Source: Balanoglossus misakiensis
Lineage: Eukaryota; Animalia; Hemichordata
DNA: 64,000 bases
Reading direction: 5' to 3'
Assembly (NCBI GenBank): GCA_040954595.2
Contig: CM082589.2
Location: 796,690 to 860,689, forward strand
Every line of letters begins with the position of its first letter. The first letter of the stretch is position 1. Of this stretch, positions 13,441 through 25,280 are shown in pieces. Under the pieces are notes generated by a model, which searched no databases, had not been told where the DNA came from, and saw nothing but the letters and a program-made list of their open reading frames with translations. Position numbers and translations under genes: made by a program.

Positions 13441-16400
13441 GTTGATGAAGATCTATTGACCACAGCCAATGATAAGTATACCCAACGAAACGACAAAAAA
13501 CCATGGCGATCGAATGACAATGAGGAAGTTTTCCTTTTTCTGTAGTATTTTCACAGAACTCTTCACTTTCCCCAGAAAGAAAAAAAAACACATTCCAGAG
13601 AAAGGGAATCTGCTTTACCTCACCAGACAAGCTCTTCAGAAGAAAAGACTGAAAAATATAGTTTTGTATTTTTTTCTAATACTGAAGCAAAGCCACCCCA
13701 TCCTGTTCATTTTTGAACAGAAGTCACTTAAATTCACCATGCAATAATGTTAATTTTATTTATAAGCTTCAGGACATATCATATAAGTGCTCATGTTCTG
13801 TTTGCCGTGATGCTGTAAATGTTTTTCATAATTCTATCTTTACCGCTGGTAGTTTGGAACCAGTCATTTTATATATTACCTTCATATTCCTCAACTATCA
13901 AAATGAATTAATACACAATCAGTCTCACTGACGCGCGCTGTTAAATTAGAAATACCGAAATTAGAAATGAATAACCTGTAATAAACTAGCTCTACATATT
14001 TTCTGGAGGAAAATATACACTGAAACGAGATTTTACTCTGAAATTGCATGTCTGTGTTTAGCAAGCACACTGTAGACCAATTACTTTTGCAATATTGATT
14101 GCTAATACCTTTTAAATATTTAACAACTCGTAAAATGAAAACTTCAGTAAAGGAAAAACTATTTACACTCTTGCGATTTCATTTCAATTGGTGAGATATA
14201 ATTGCTTGGAGACACAAAAATTCTGCTATCATTGTAACTACACTCATAAATTTTGAGTTCTCTTTTTGTATTAAATACCAGTGTACATACTTTTATGTGT
14301 AATTTATTTAAAGATGTAGATTTGAAGGCTTTCTGCAACTCTGCTGTAATAGTCGTACGCTGTGGTGTTATCGCCAAATCTTTATTAAAGATTCATTGCC
14401 ACGTTGAGGTCACCGAACAAGCTGAGCCATCAGATTACTTGTGCAGGAAAGCTAGTCATTTATTCACCATGTGCGAGTCATTTCAGACACTTAATTTTTA
14501 ATGTTTGGCATTTTGCAGATAAAGTTAGGTTGTCGTGACCAATCAGTTTGTGTCATAAAAAGACTACAGCTATTAAGCCCTCACTCTATAGTCTGTAAAT
14601 AATTTTACATGTTTGCCTTTCATGTTGACAGTTCTAGACTGACAGCTGAAGTCTTCAAACAAGTTAGACAGAAATTATAAGGAACATGCTTTTTGACTTG
14701 AGCACTCTTTACCTATATTGCAGACATTAAATGGTTTTCATAGATACACATAGTTTCACCCTCAGATCACAAATGGTTCCAACTGTTCCAATTCTCTGCA
14801 TTGCACTAGGAAGAGTTATCAAACATGACATCTAGAAACTGTACACATTTAGGATAATTCTACATAACTTTCAAATCTAAACATTATAAAATCTACATAT
14901 TAAAATATTATGATTAATATTAACAGATAGTTGTATATTCTGATGCGAGTGTATATACTAGTAACAAACATTTTAAATTATTTCGATATACCATACAATT
15001 CCGATCCCAATCATGAAAATGTCACCATGCGCACTGAAATGTATTTACTTCAAGTAAAGGTGCTTGTTGATCACTCTATCACTCATCACTTCCCTGTTGT
15101 CTGAAAATGAAATAATCTGATTGTTTTTGTTTGTTTGTTGGTTTGAAATATGGTACTGTACACTGCAGGAAAGGGGTGGCCAGATATATTAGGGACTAAC
15201 TGATATAAAAAGTTTATAAAGGAGTTCTTGAAAGAAAGAGTTAGAATAGATTGCTATGTAAGGTGTTTATGTAAGGTGGCATATTTTGTACACTTTCAGA
15301 AATTTACATATCACAACATTCCTGCCTTTTCTGAAACATTTATATGGCTATTTTATGAGCTTTAAAGGGCGGGAGATATTTCATATCAATATTTTTAACC
15401 TATGATGGACAGCTGAGAATATGTATTTTAAAAAAGCAAGGGATCTGAGATATTGATGTTTAAAATCTGTTTAAATGGCTTAATTCGAGTGCTCTTTTAA
15501 TCACAGGCACAAGATCAGATCAGATTTTATTCTTTGTGTTTTTCTCACATCCGCACGTGGAATAACATATCAATCATGGTATCTGTTGTTTGATATTAAG
15601 GCTGGTCTAATAAGCTGGAAATTTGGACACAGATTTTGTTAATTTTGTATCTTTGTCAGTATATGTAACATGTCATCGTTGCCTTTCTATACAACAGTAG
15701 CTGTACATGCTCTGTCCATGTGTAACATTTACCTAAATACAAGAAATTTCAAATTTATATTTCTGATATTTTTCACACAAAAATTATGTGATTTGCGCAT
15801 AAACGGATCTTCACTTAATTTTATTTTTAGTTTGATATGCGAATATATTGGTCAGTATTTGTAACATGGTCATTGTTTATATCTAGTTCACATTGAGTAT
15901 TAAAGTCATGTATCTGTAACACTTACATATCAGCAACTGATATTAGGGCCAGTAGCAGCAGAATCACAAGCCTGTTGTCGATTCTCCACAGAACAGTATT
16001 GTATTTTCCCACCTACTTCTACATATTTGAAAATTAGCAACATCCATGTAAAGAACGCAATAAACATAAATACCAGCACACGAAGCAATTGCCAGTTGTT
16101 TTCACTTCTGTCTTCATTCACAGTTCATGCAAGAATTACTGAAATGATTCTTTCAGTGTTGGCATCTTTTCTGCAGAAGAGGTCATATATTTCTTACCTC
16201 GTATCAACGAGACATCCGTTTTATTTCATGGCGTGTGATTGTAAATTCACCCTTCCCATCACTAATTCATGTCATCACAACTGATACCTACAGTAGGAAT
16301 AGAATTCAAAGAAACTCAGAAAATATGTTGAGGTCAACAAAACTCAAAGGTAATTAGGCTTTAACCATTCATATAATAAAAAAATTGATGACATTCACAA

Positions 16401-17088
16401 ATTCAATTCAAAGATGATTAGCATGGTGACTAATGTTATTTTACTATCCACCAATTTGACATTTAAATCTCATTCCAATTTCCTAATCTTTCCTACCCTA
16501 ATGTCTGTTTCAGTTCAATGCATAATAATTTACCAAAGTGTTATATTAATTTGACCTTTTTCACCCAATCTGATTCAAAATATCCACTTTTTATAACAGA
16601 ATTGGATGGTAATGGATGGTAAGTAGCAATTTTACTACAAGAGGCTGTGAGTTTCGTAGACAGTATGAAAAATAAAATGTACAAGGGGTAATAATTGCTC
16701 TAGTCTACTAAAATAAAGCCAAGAAATCCATGTTTCTATGATGCACCTATTTTATTTTGCTATGATTTTGAATTCCAACATTGACATCAAATTATAAAAC
16801 ATTCTAACAAACATGATGCGCACGGGCATCTAAAGGCAAGTCTATCAACTGGAAAGTACATCACAAGAAGAGATTTTCACTACACTACATATTTTTCAAC
16901 ATACGGCATCTCACATGGAGCCTGGCAAAGCCAAACAGAATCAGCAACCACAATAAGCAACTCTTATTAATGTCGATGTACTCTACACGGCTGAGTGTTT
17001 TGATATCAAAGTGTTACGTACACCAAACTACGTTGACTTGTCCAGATCTTACACCCCGGAATCCTAGCTGCACTCACAATAGAGCCAA

Positions 17089-20000
17089 TCAACTCACAGC
17101 TATATCTTTAATCCAGTACTCTGATAGATTGACGACAGTCTTCCGTAACTCTGAGAGATTAAAAGAGGGAATCAAAAAGTTAAAATCCATCGGTTAGTGA
17201 TTCATTTAAGCATGCATTGTCCAAATTAAGTCACACGGCAATTTTCAGACACTTCAATCTTCAAACTTTAGAATTCCCCCACAATCCTCTTTGCAAGCTC
17301 AGCTGGCATCCACTTCAAGTCTGTCACAGAATGTTGCAGATCAGATCCAAGAATATCAAGTCAAGGCAGTGCTAATGATGTTTACAATATTGTTGCTATG
17401 GTTGCCATTTTGTGTCAAATCAAGGCAGTTCCTAATTAGTCTCACATGTCAGTAAGACCTTGATGGAGCAAGTGGCTGTGGGTTGCAAGGTCTGTAGTTC
17501 ATTGCTTGCAGTTGCAGCTTTTCTGCTTGTTTTATTCAAGGTACAAGTTAAAGGTTTAGCAAGACAGACTTATGTTAGTGTGACTGACTTAAAGCCCCAT
17601 ATATGTTGACATGGGCATTTCTATAGACAACCAATAGACCTTTGTCTGTGCATACTGTTTTTTTAACACAAAATGTCAGCTGAACATAACATGCCCCTTT
17701 AAAGAAAATGCTGGTTAGATCACAGTGTGTTTCTCAGCTACTGTTCTAACACATCCAGGTTCCAAATTGACTTGGTAATACTTTACAGACTGTGTTCCTT
17801 GTTTAACTGAACCCGAAACACAAACATTGACCTTTGTTTGAAGTCTGGTTTCCATACCGACTGATGAGTACTCTACATTAAGTCTTGGAATTTTGTGTTT
17901 ACATATTTATGACATCATGAGTACGAGATACATCATTCATTTCCAAGCTGGGTGGTTTGAATTACTTGCAGGAAAAAAACTAACACAAAATCATGAATTT
18001 TACATTTCTTGTACAAATCCCACTAACAAGCAGTGCCTAGCAACGCAAACTGTATATATCTCTCCCTCAGGCATTCTACATGCGTGTAATCCATCTGTGA
18101 TATCGCAAAGATTTTCAACAATAGTGAGAGTTGTGCACACAGATCCCTGAAAAGTTCTTGAAATTTTATAGGCACTAACAGGTCGAGGTAAGTATGATGC
18201 AGTTGTCATGCCAACATGTATCATTTGTTATTTTTAGTTCAGAATGTAAAAATACCCTGTATCTTACTGTAAACAATCGCTTTAATAAAACATGTAATCC
18301 TTGTGGCTTTTCATCGTCTTAACCGTTAAGCTGTATTTCAGTAATTTGAGTTTGCAGCTAACTAAAATATTCTGCTGTTGAAAAATGAAAATCACAGTGA
18401 AACCATACTACATAGTATATGATACACATACTTGTGTCATGGTCAATGACTGTGTTGACAATTTAACCCACAAGTTCATTACACCCAAATACAGAATTTT
18501 AATACAGAATTCCCCTCCTGGCCGTGTGATTATTATCTGATGTCGAAAAGTGCATGTTCAGCTCACAACTACACAAATGAACATTCCATCGCACCTCAAC
18601 CTATGTACCTGCATAACAGATCAGCTTCACACCAGTTAATTATTCAAGATTTACAGCTACAAGTTGAGAAGGGTCAATATGTGAGTGGATTCCACAGGTC
18701 TGTGTTGAGACGGAATATGAATATTTCACTCAGCCGTAGGGTACACTTACATAAATCATTGGGTGTATACATAATAAAGATCTATCATCAGTCCTGTTTC
18801 CTATGATTGTTAATTTGATTAAAAACAATGCTTTGGGGAAAACAGATGCGTTCTTTTGATATTTTTTAGTGTGTGAGAGAAGTTATGTTGGTGTGTTCAA
18901 TGAAATATGATGTACTGACTTTGTTTGAGTGCTAACGGTACCTTTAAGAAATGATCAAATCTTTTGATTCATTGTGGTACATGGTCAGAAGACTGCTTGG
19001 TTTTATAATTCTTCATCTTCAGAAAACGAGGACTGACTATAGAGACCCAAGATATTAACTAAAAGGTCTAGAGTCATCAAAGTAGATTTCTTCAACATCG
19101 TGCGTTGTCATGGAAAATGTTTTGATCTCAATTAAAACATACCAAGATAGTCAGCTGAAAGCAAATCACCAAATGCTTGAAGATATATTTTCACAAACAG
19201 TGCATGACATACTTGGGGCATAGTTAACAATTGTGGTTTTATGCAATATTACCTTCTGGTATGGCGACATCACATTCTAAACTTTTCAGTTTCTCTTCAG
19301 CATCTGAGACTGCCTGTAGTGTCAGCGCTTGTTTGACTTCAAGAAGCTTATCCAGAATGTCTTCGCTAAAACGGTCTTCCCTCAAGATAACCATGAATTT
19401 TTCATACCAAGATGTCTTTGCCTGCAGTTCACTCGTATGCATCGTACGTCTGACTGTAATTATAAGAAGAGACATTAATTGAAATGACAAATCAACAATC
19501 TTTTGAAGTAATATTAATGAATTTCATTTCCAGATAAGTTTGACTGACTTATCACAGTATATGATCAAGAGGTTTTTTTACCTTCAGTGAAGTACACGTC
19601 CCACACTGCTTCAAAAAATTCTTGCAAATCCTGAGATTTTTCTTCCTGTCTTTTGAACCTTGAGCTCTCCTCGTCTGGTACGGGTTCAAAGGTAAACTCG
19701 TGCCCTTTGAACTTTGATTCTGTCTTTTCACTACCCTGGTTCTGATATTGTTTCCTTTTTTTCTTCCTGAGTTTTCTCCGTTGGTTCTTTGTCAATGTTG
19801 TTGTCTGTTCACTGCGCTCTGATCTCTGGTTCTGGGGTTTTGTTGATTCAAGAGTGTCAGCTTCATTTCTGTTTCCTCTTTTGTGTCTTCTTTTCCTTTT
19901 CCTCTTCTGTATTGAGACATCTACACAAAAATACCACAAGAGAATACATAACAGACTTTGACAGCTTAAAAAAATTAGAATGGGGTTTTTACAACAACCA

Positions 20001-21499
20001 TTTCTCATCTAACCTCTCCTACACAGAGTAAATTCAGATGTGTATCCAGTCTAAAATCGGCTCTAAAACTTGTACACGAAAAAACAAATGAAACGATTGC
20101 TTCAACAGGCACCAGGTATATTTCAGACACTGTACACTTATGTTCAAAGATCTAAATATTTGACATAAAGAGTGGGAGGTTACAAACCTGTCTCTGAGTC
20201 AGAAGAAGAGGTGTCTTCACTTTCACTTTCTTGTTCCTCCCTGTCAGTCAGAGATTTCATCGAGTCAAGTCCTCCTGGTGGAAGGCTGGCAGTAAACACT
20301 CGCACTTTGTCAGTTGACAGTCGCTTTATTTCATCTGTACTTTTCTCTTCTTTTGTTTCATCATCTTGGTCGTAATCATATCTATACTCATTAGGGAGTA
20401 TTTTTCTCTCGTTCCCTGGCAATGTGGATGACCCAGGTGCCTTCGTCTTGTCTTGCTTTGCAGAAGCATTGTAAAGTCTATGCAGTACACGCTGTGTGAA
20501 TACTGAAATCAGAGAAGAATTTTAATTCTTCTCAGAATCATAGGAAGAATACTGTAATGTCTATTTTGAATTCTTTGTTTAATATTTCTGAAATGAGGTA
20601 CGTATATTTGTGTATGTGTATAGTTTCAAATGGAATGACCAGGTGTTTAATTTTGTCAGATATAAAACCAGACAGTTAGGTCAACGGGAACTGTGGTCTA
20701 CATTGTTTTGAGATGCATGTATCTTTTCAATTCAGTTTAGCAATACAATATCTTTGACAGATGTATACTCTCAGCCATATGATACCTGGATGTAATGTCA
20801 GTTTGAATCTTGCAACATATGCCACTAGATGGCAGTCTTTTACTAACGCTCACTATACATGAACAACTTCTCTGATCAATTACCCTGTTATCTGCAGAGT
20901 GGTATGTTAAAAGATGAATTTTTCGTTAGATCCAGATTGATTCTGATGAACTTTTCAAAAATGTATCACTTGAGTTCATTTCATCACAATATCTCTAATG
21001 GGTTCTGCTATTTAGTTGTTAGCTTGTAGTCTTTTGGCATTATCAGCAATGTAACTTTATATATCAAGATGGCTTACAATTCCATAGATTCATTTTTGTA
21101 TATTGCCATTTAGTATCATGAGTGACATCGACATGATTGATGGAAAGTGGGCGGGGCTGTTATATATCGAGTGCGGTTGAACATACCACACGTGGCCCAG
21201 ATAGTTTAATAATGTACAGGGTCTTGGAATGCCTTGAATGATTCGGTCAGAAAATGTATCGTTTACATTCAATGTTGTGAGCTTGTAAGAGGTAACTTAG
21301 CCCTGGACCCATCGACATGAGTGATAGAAAGTGGGCGGGGCTGTTTTGAAAGTGGGCGGGGCTGTTTTTGAATTCGGCCGTGTCGATCGCTATCAAGTGT
21401 ACCCGCACATTAAAACAGCCCACGCGGACGTCGTGATGCTAACTAAATGGTGTGATCAGGTGAAATGTTGTCCTCACCTTCTTGCCGCCGTTTATTCAT
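17089..21499 (-). CDS. ERICH1: Glutamate-rich protein 1-like (312 aa)
   Basis: Exons 21499-21478, 20502-20188, 19920-19582, 19453-19253, 17150-17089 join in frame (939 nt). Motifs VFTQRVLHRLY, RVFTASLPPGG, LTKNQRRKLRKKK, FFEAVWDVYFTE and the C-terminal LSEYWIKDI match recalled ERICH1 conserved blocks. Minus-strand AATAAA at 16756-16751. Confidence 0.8.
21141..21368. repeat. Three copies of gaaagtgggcggggctgtt (GC-box-containing) in ERICH1-like intron 1
   Basis: Copies at ~21143, ~21327 and ~21348. The first two are preceded by a similar catcgacatga segment. Confidence 0.7.
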
Positions 21500-21558
21500 G
21501 GTGGTGAAAGTGTCTGGCCTCCAATTTGCTGGACATTGGTTGCACAACTCACATGTAG

Positions 21559-21575
21559 GCCGCCATCTTTGTTTT
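21559..21575 (-). promoter_or_regulatory. YY1-type motif upstream of the ERICH1-like start codon
   Basis: AAGATGGCGGC on the minus strand, ~60 nt upstream of the ATG at 21499, in a CpG-richer stretch. Confidence 0.45.
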
Positions 21576-22761
21576 CATCGCCGAGGTGATGACCTCTTCA
21601 TGACCTCAAAGTTGAGCTCACCTTGAAATGTGAGGGCGCTCACGCCGATGTTTTTTTTTTTACGAAATGTACTACAGGCCAACTGATAGCAACGCTCGTA
21701 GCAACCAGAATGGAAATCAGGCACTATAATAAGGCAATTTGTACAATAGATCTAGACTTACCCAAGGAAACGAAAGCTATTCAAGGTAGACCACAACAGT
21801 ACTATGAACAGTTAAACTGTTTATTAACGATTAAACCTTATTTATTATTTACATCAAGAGTGTTAGACAACTTTAAAGAATTACACAAAATGCTATTTAC
21901 AGTGCAAATTATAAGATGTTCGTTTGACACATAAGATAACAAAATTTCAGAACGGCGTGTGGAGCAAAACTGTGCTGATATAAACACAGCAAAACATTCA
22001 AAACGATAAAGCTTGCCCGAAGACTTGTTATGTGATTAGTTCAGGTTGGAGTTGTGCAGGCATCAAGATCATATACGTCTATTGGATTGTCAGAATTTAA
22101 CATAACCGACGGAATAAATTAACGTAAATATCAATGTTATGATAAGCTTTGCACAAATATTAATTTTTCGCCCCATTTAAACTTATCCCCCCCCCTTAAT
22201 TGTGTAACATCAAGTGTAAATGCAAAAAAATGACAAGAATCTGAGCTTTATGTATGTTGCTAACGGAGAGAACTACCTAACGACAGCGCAACCACCTGTT
22301 GAAGGCTACAATGCATTTGGTCCTGGACAGAGAAAATATCTTCTGTGTGTATATCTGTGATTTGGTGCACAAGAAATTCGATTAAAGCAGTGTTTTTCCG
22401 ACATACATCTGGCAATGATCTACCGAACTTCCACGTGACTGAGACATTTTGCTTCGATATTTTGTAATCCATATCTGTAGAAGTTAAAATACTATTTCAC
22501 GTTTCACTGATTGTCTCGAGCTCGCGGCCATCGTCTCTGACAAGGTCACCATGGTTACGTGCAATATTCTTAAAGGCTTCATAAGGATTGAGAATCGATA
22601 TCCTCTGCTCTGCCAACCGTTCTCTGATTGTACAAATACAATAATCTCTAAAGCTTTAAAAAATACTTTGGTTGATTTTATCAGTAGTACTGAACTATAA
22701 AGGTAAATAATCGAACTGTTTCCCACAACACACTCCTCAAATTGAGTTGTTTTCTCAAACA

Positions 22762-25280
22762 TCAAGACCTCTTTTTGTTGGTCGATTTCTTGACCTGCGT
22801 AGGTCCCGTGTGTTTGTGGGAAATAGTTCCTCTTCCAGGTTTCGTTTCGAGTTCATTATTGTTTTGTATTACATTCTTCTCTTTCTTTTCATTTTTATCC
22901 TTTGTTATTTTCGGTCCGTTTCTTTCCTCTTTCCTCGGTTCTTTTTCTTTCCCCTGTTCCTTGTCTTTCGATTTCTTCTTCTCATCACACTTTTCATCAT
23001 TCTTCGTCTTCTTATTTTCCTCTGTCGCCATTTTGTCTCCTCTCTTGTTTTTCTTTTTAGATTTCCCATCCTGTCCACTGAGGGCGTCGTGCTGACCTTT
23101 ACTCTGTTTCCCATGATCCTCCAGATCTTCAGTCTTATCTGAAATTTTGACGGTTTTTGGCGTTCCTTTTGATGTTTTGGTACTACTTTTGTCCGAAGCG
23201 TCGTCTTTGGAAGAAACACCTGAAGCATCGCTTTTCAATGACCTTGAACTTTTTCCCGACCCGGGTCGCTCAGGTTTCAAGTGACTGTCCGATTTGTCCG
23301 GAGAGGGTCTGGTCTGTTTCTCCGATTTCGCCTCCTCTGTTTTGCGTTCTTTCGATTTCTTCCTGTGTCTCTTCGGTGACCCCTTTGGTGTTGGTGACTT
23401 TTCTTCTTCAAGGTCAACTTCTCCGTTCAGTTCCCGTTCCCAATCTGAATCTTCGTCGTGAATCGGATGTCCGGCTCTTATCGCTTTTTGTTTCCTTTCT
23501 TGGTATTCGACTTCGGCTCTGTGTGGAAATTCAAAATAATTGTTTAATTTTTATACTAAAAGGGCAGATCCACTTTAAGTTGTACGAGGAAAAAGAACGA
23601 CGATAAAATTAAAGGTAAAACACTAGAACCCCACATCCGACTTGTAAACAGATAACTATAATTGTAGAGTGTTACGTGTGTTAAGACACCATTTTCCTAT
23701 TAATTTCTGCTGGAAAAGAAATTAGAAAGTTAAACTTTTTAACATCAATAGCATTGAAAATCACAGCGCCTGATCATGCGTCGCCAGGGCAACGATATCA
23801 ATAGAGGATAATAGATAACGAATTTCAATATGAAGATGTTAACATTGATACGTTAAAGGTTTTGACAAAGAATTTTATTTCAATAGGCAATTGCTAACCA
23901 TGGATTCATTGATTGCATTATTCGATTATTATACAACAGCAGATGTAACTGAGATAGGTGACAAATTGATCATGAGATGAATAACACGGACATGTGCAAT
24001 GGATTGTGCATATTACACTCGTGCAATTAAATTACGAGATTTGTAATGAGATGTTCTACAAATAGCGACGAGGTGGACAGTCAAACTTAGAAAATAGTAA
24101 TGAAAATAATTTTGTCTCCAAGTCTAAAGAAAGAGCTGTATACAAAAAGTGATAGAAAATATCACAAACAACGGTGCATTTCTTTAGGTTTACGTAGAAA
24201 TGTGTTGTTAATAAGTAAGATGAATAAAACGTAAATAAGAAAGTGACAATTTTCTGGATCGACGAATAACGAATAATGCAATCAAAACCAGCATGGTTGA
24301 AGGACAGGCCTTCAGAAAATTCTTAATTTTGCGAGGTGTTGACCTTTGACCGTTACTGGTTCAGGTTCAGGTTCGGGTTCAAGTTCAGGAATGAGCACAT
24401 CAAGGTCCTCATCCTCCCAATCATAATCCGAATCACTTTCCTCGACGTCAGACGATGGAATTTCTGCAGTTGTTCCGAATTTTCTGACGATGGATAGTTT
24501 CTTGTAGCTTCTCCTTTGTGCATTTTCCCATTCTGCACTGTGAAGTTGAAGTTGTTTCGCATGTCGTTACCCAGAATTCACTGCAAAGTGCGCATGCCTG
24601 ATCCTTATTTATGCAATTTGTTGCAAATAGGTCTCTGGACGTGTCATTTTTCATATTAGTAAAACAAAACAAAACAAAACAAAACAAAAGAACACAAAAC
24701 AACACATCAGGACTGGAATAGCACCGTCACATCACATTACAAAGCATAACAACAACACTCTTTAACTTACACTTCTAAAAACTTGACGCATTCTTTATGT
24801 CCGTAGACGTCGGCAACTTTCTTCGGCGTATCTCCGTACTTGTCCGGGCGATCCATGGGTGCGTTGAGTTTGTGTAAGACTTTGAGGGCGCTTAGCTTTC
24901 CTCCTTCTGCTGCAAAGTGCGCAGGCGTATAGCCCGTGTCTGTACGAGACCCCGATTTTGAGCCGCTGTCGATCAGGATTCGGATACACTCGGCATGCCC
25001 TGTAATAGTCAATGTTCATGAAATCTAGTATTTATTTTCTTGATGCATACATTTCAATCATGCATTAGCCTATATCCTTAGCCTATATGGTAAACAGAAT
25101 ACTTGTCCAAGTTCGAAGGAAGTTCTTTTCCAACTTACCTTTGATTGCAGCCCAGTGTAACGGGGTCCTGTTATTCCATTCGAGGTCTTTTTGATTGACG
25201 TCATACTTCTGACTGTCAATCAACTCTTCCAGCAAATCGCTGTCACCCATGGACGCAGATTCGTGCAACTCTGACATCAT
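22762..25280 (-). CDS. ANKRD66: Ankyrin repeat protein ANKRD66-like, long isoform with Lys/Glu-rich tail (~374 aa)
   Basis: Exons 25280/25277-25139, 24999-24771, 23518-22762 in phase. MSELHESASMGD..DLEWNNRTPLHWAAIKG, GYTPAHFAAEGG and DKYGDTPKKVADVYGHKECVKFLE closely resemble recalled ANKRD66. Confidence 0.8.
24312..24537 (-). CDS. Putative alternative terminal exon of the ANKRD66-like gene (short acidic isoform, ~197 aa)
   Basis: Acceptor ttcaacttcacag has the correct phase after the 24771 donor. It reads AEWENAQRRSYKK...DSDYDWEDEDLDVLIPELEPEPEPEP...LRIF-stop. Confidence 0.6.
24660..24690. repeat. (AAAAC)n microsatellite
   Basis: aaaacaaaacaaaacaaaacaaaacaaaa, intronic in the ANKRD66-like gene. 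Confidence 0.85.
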
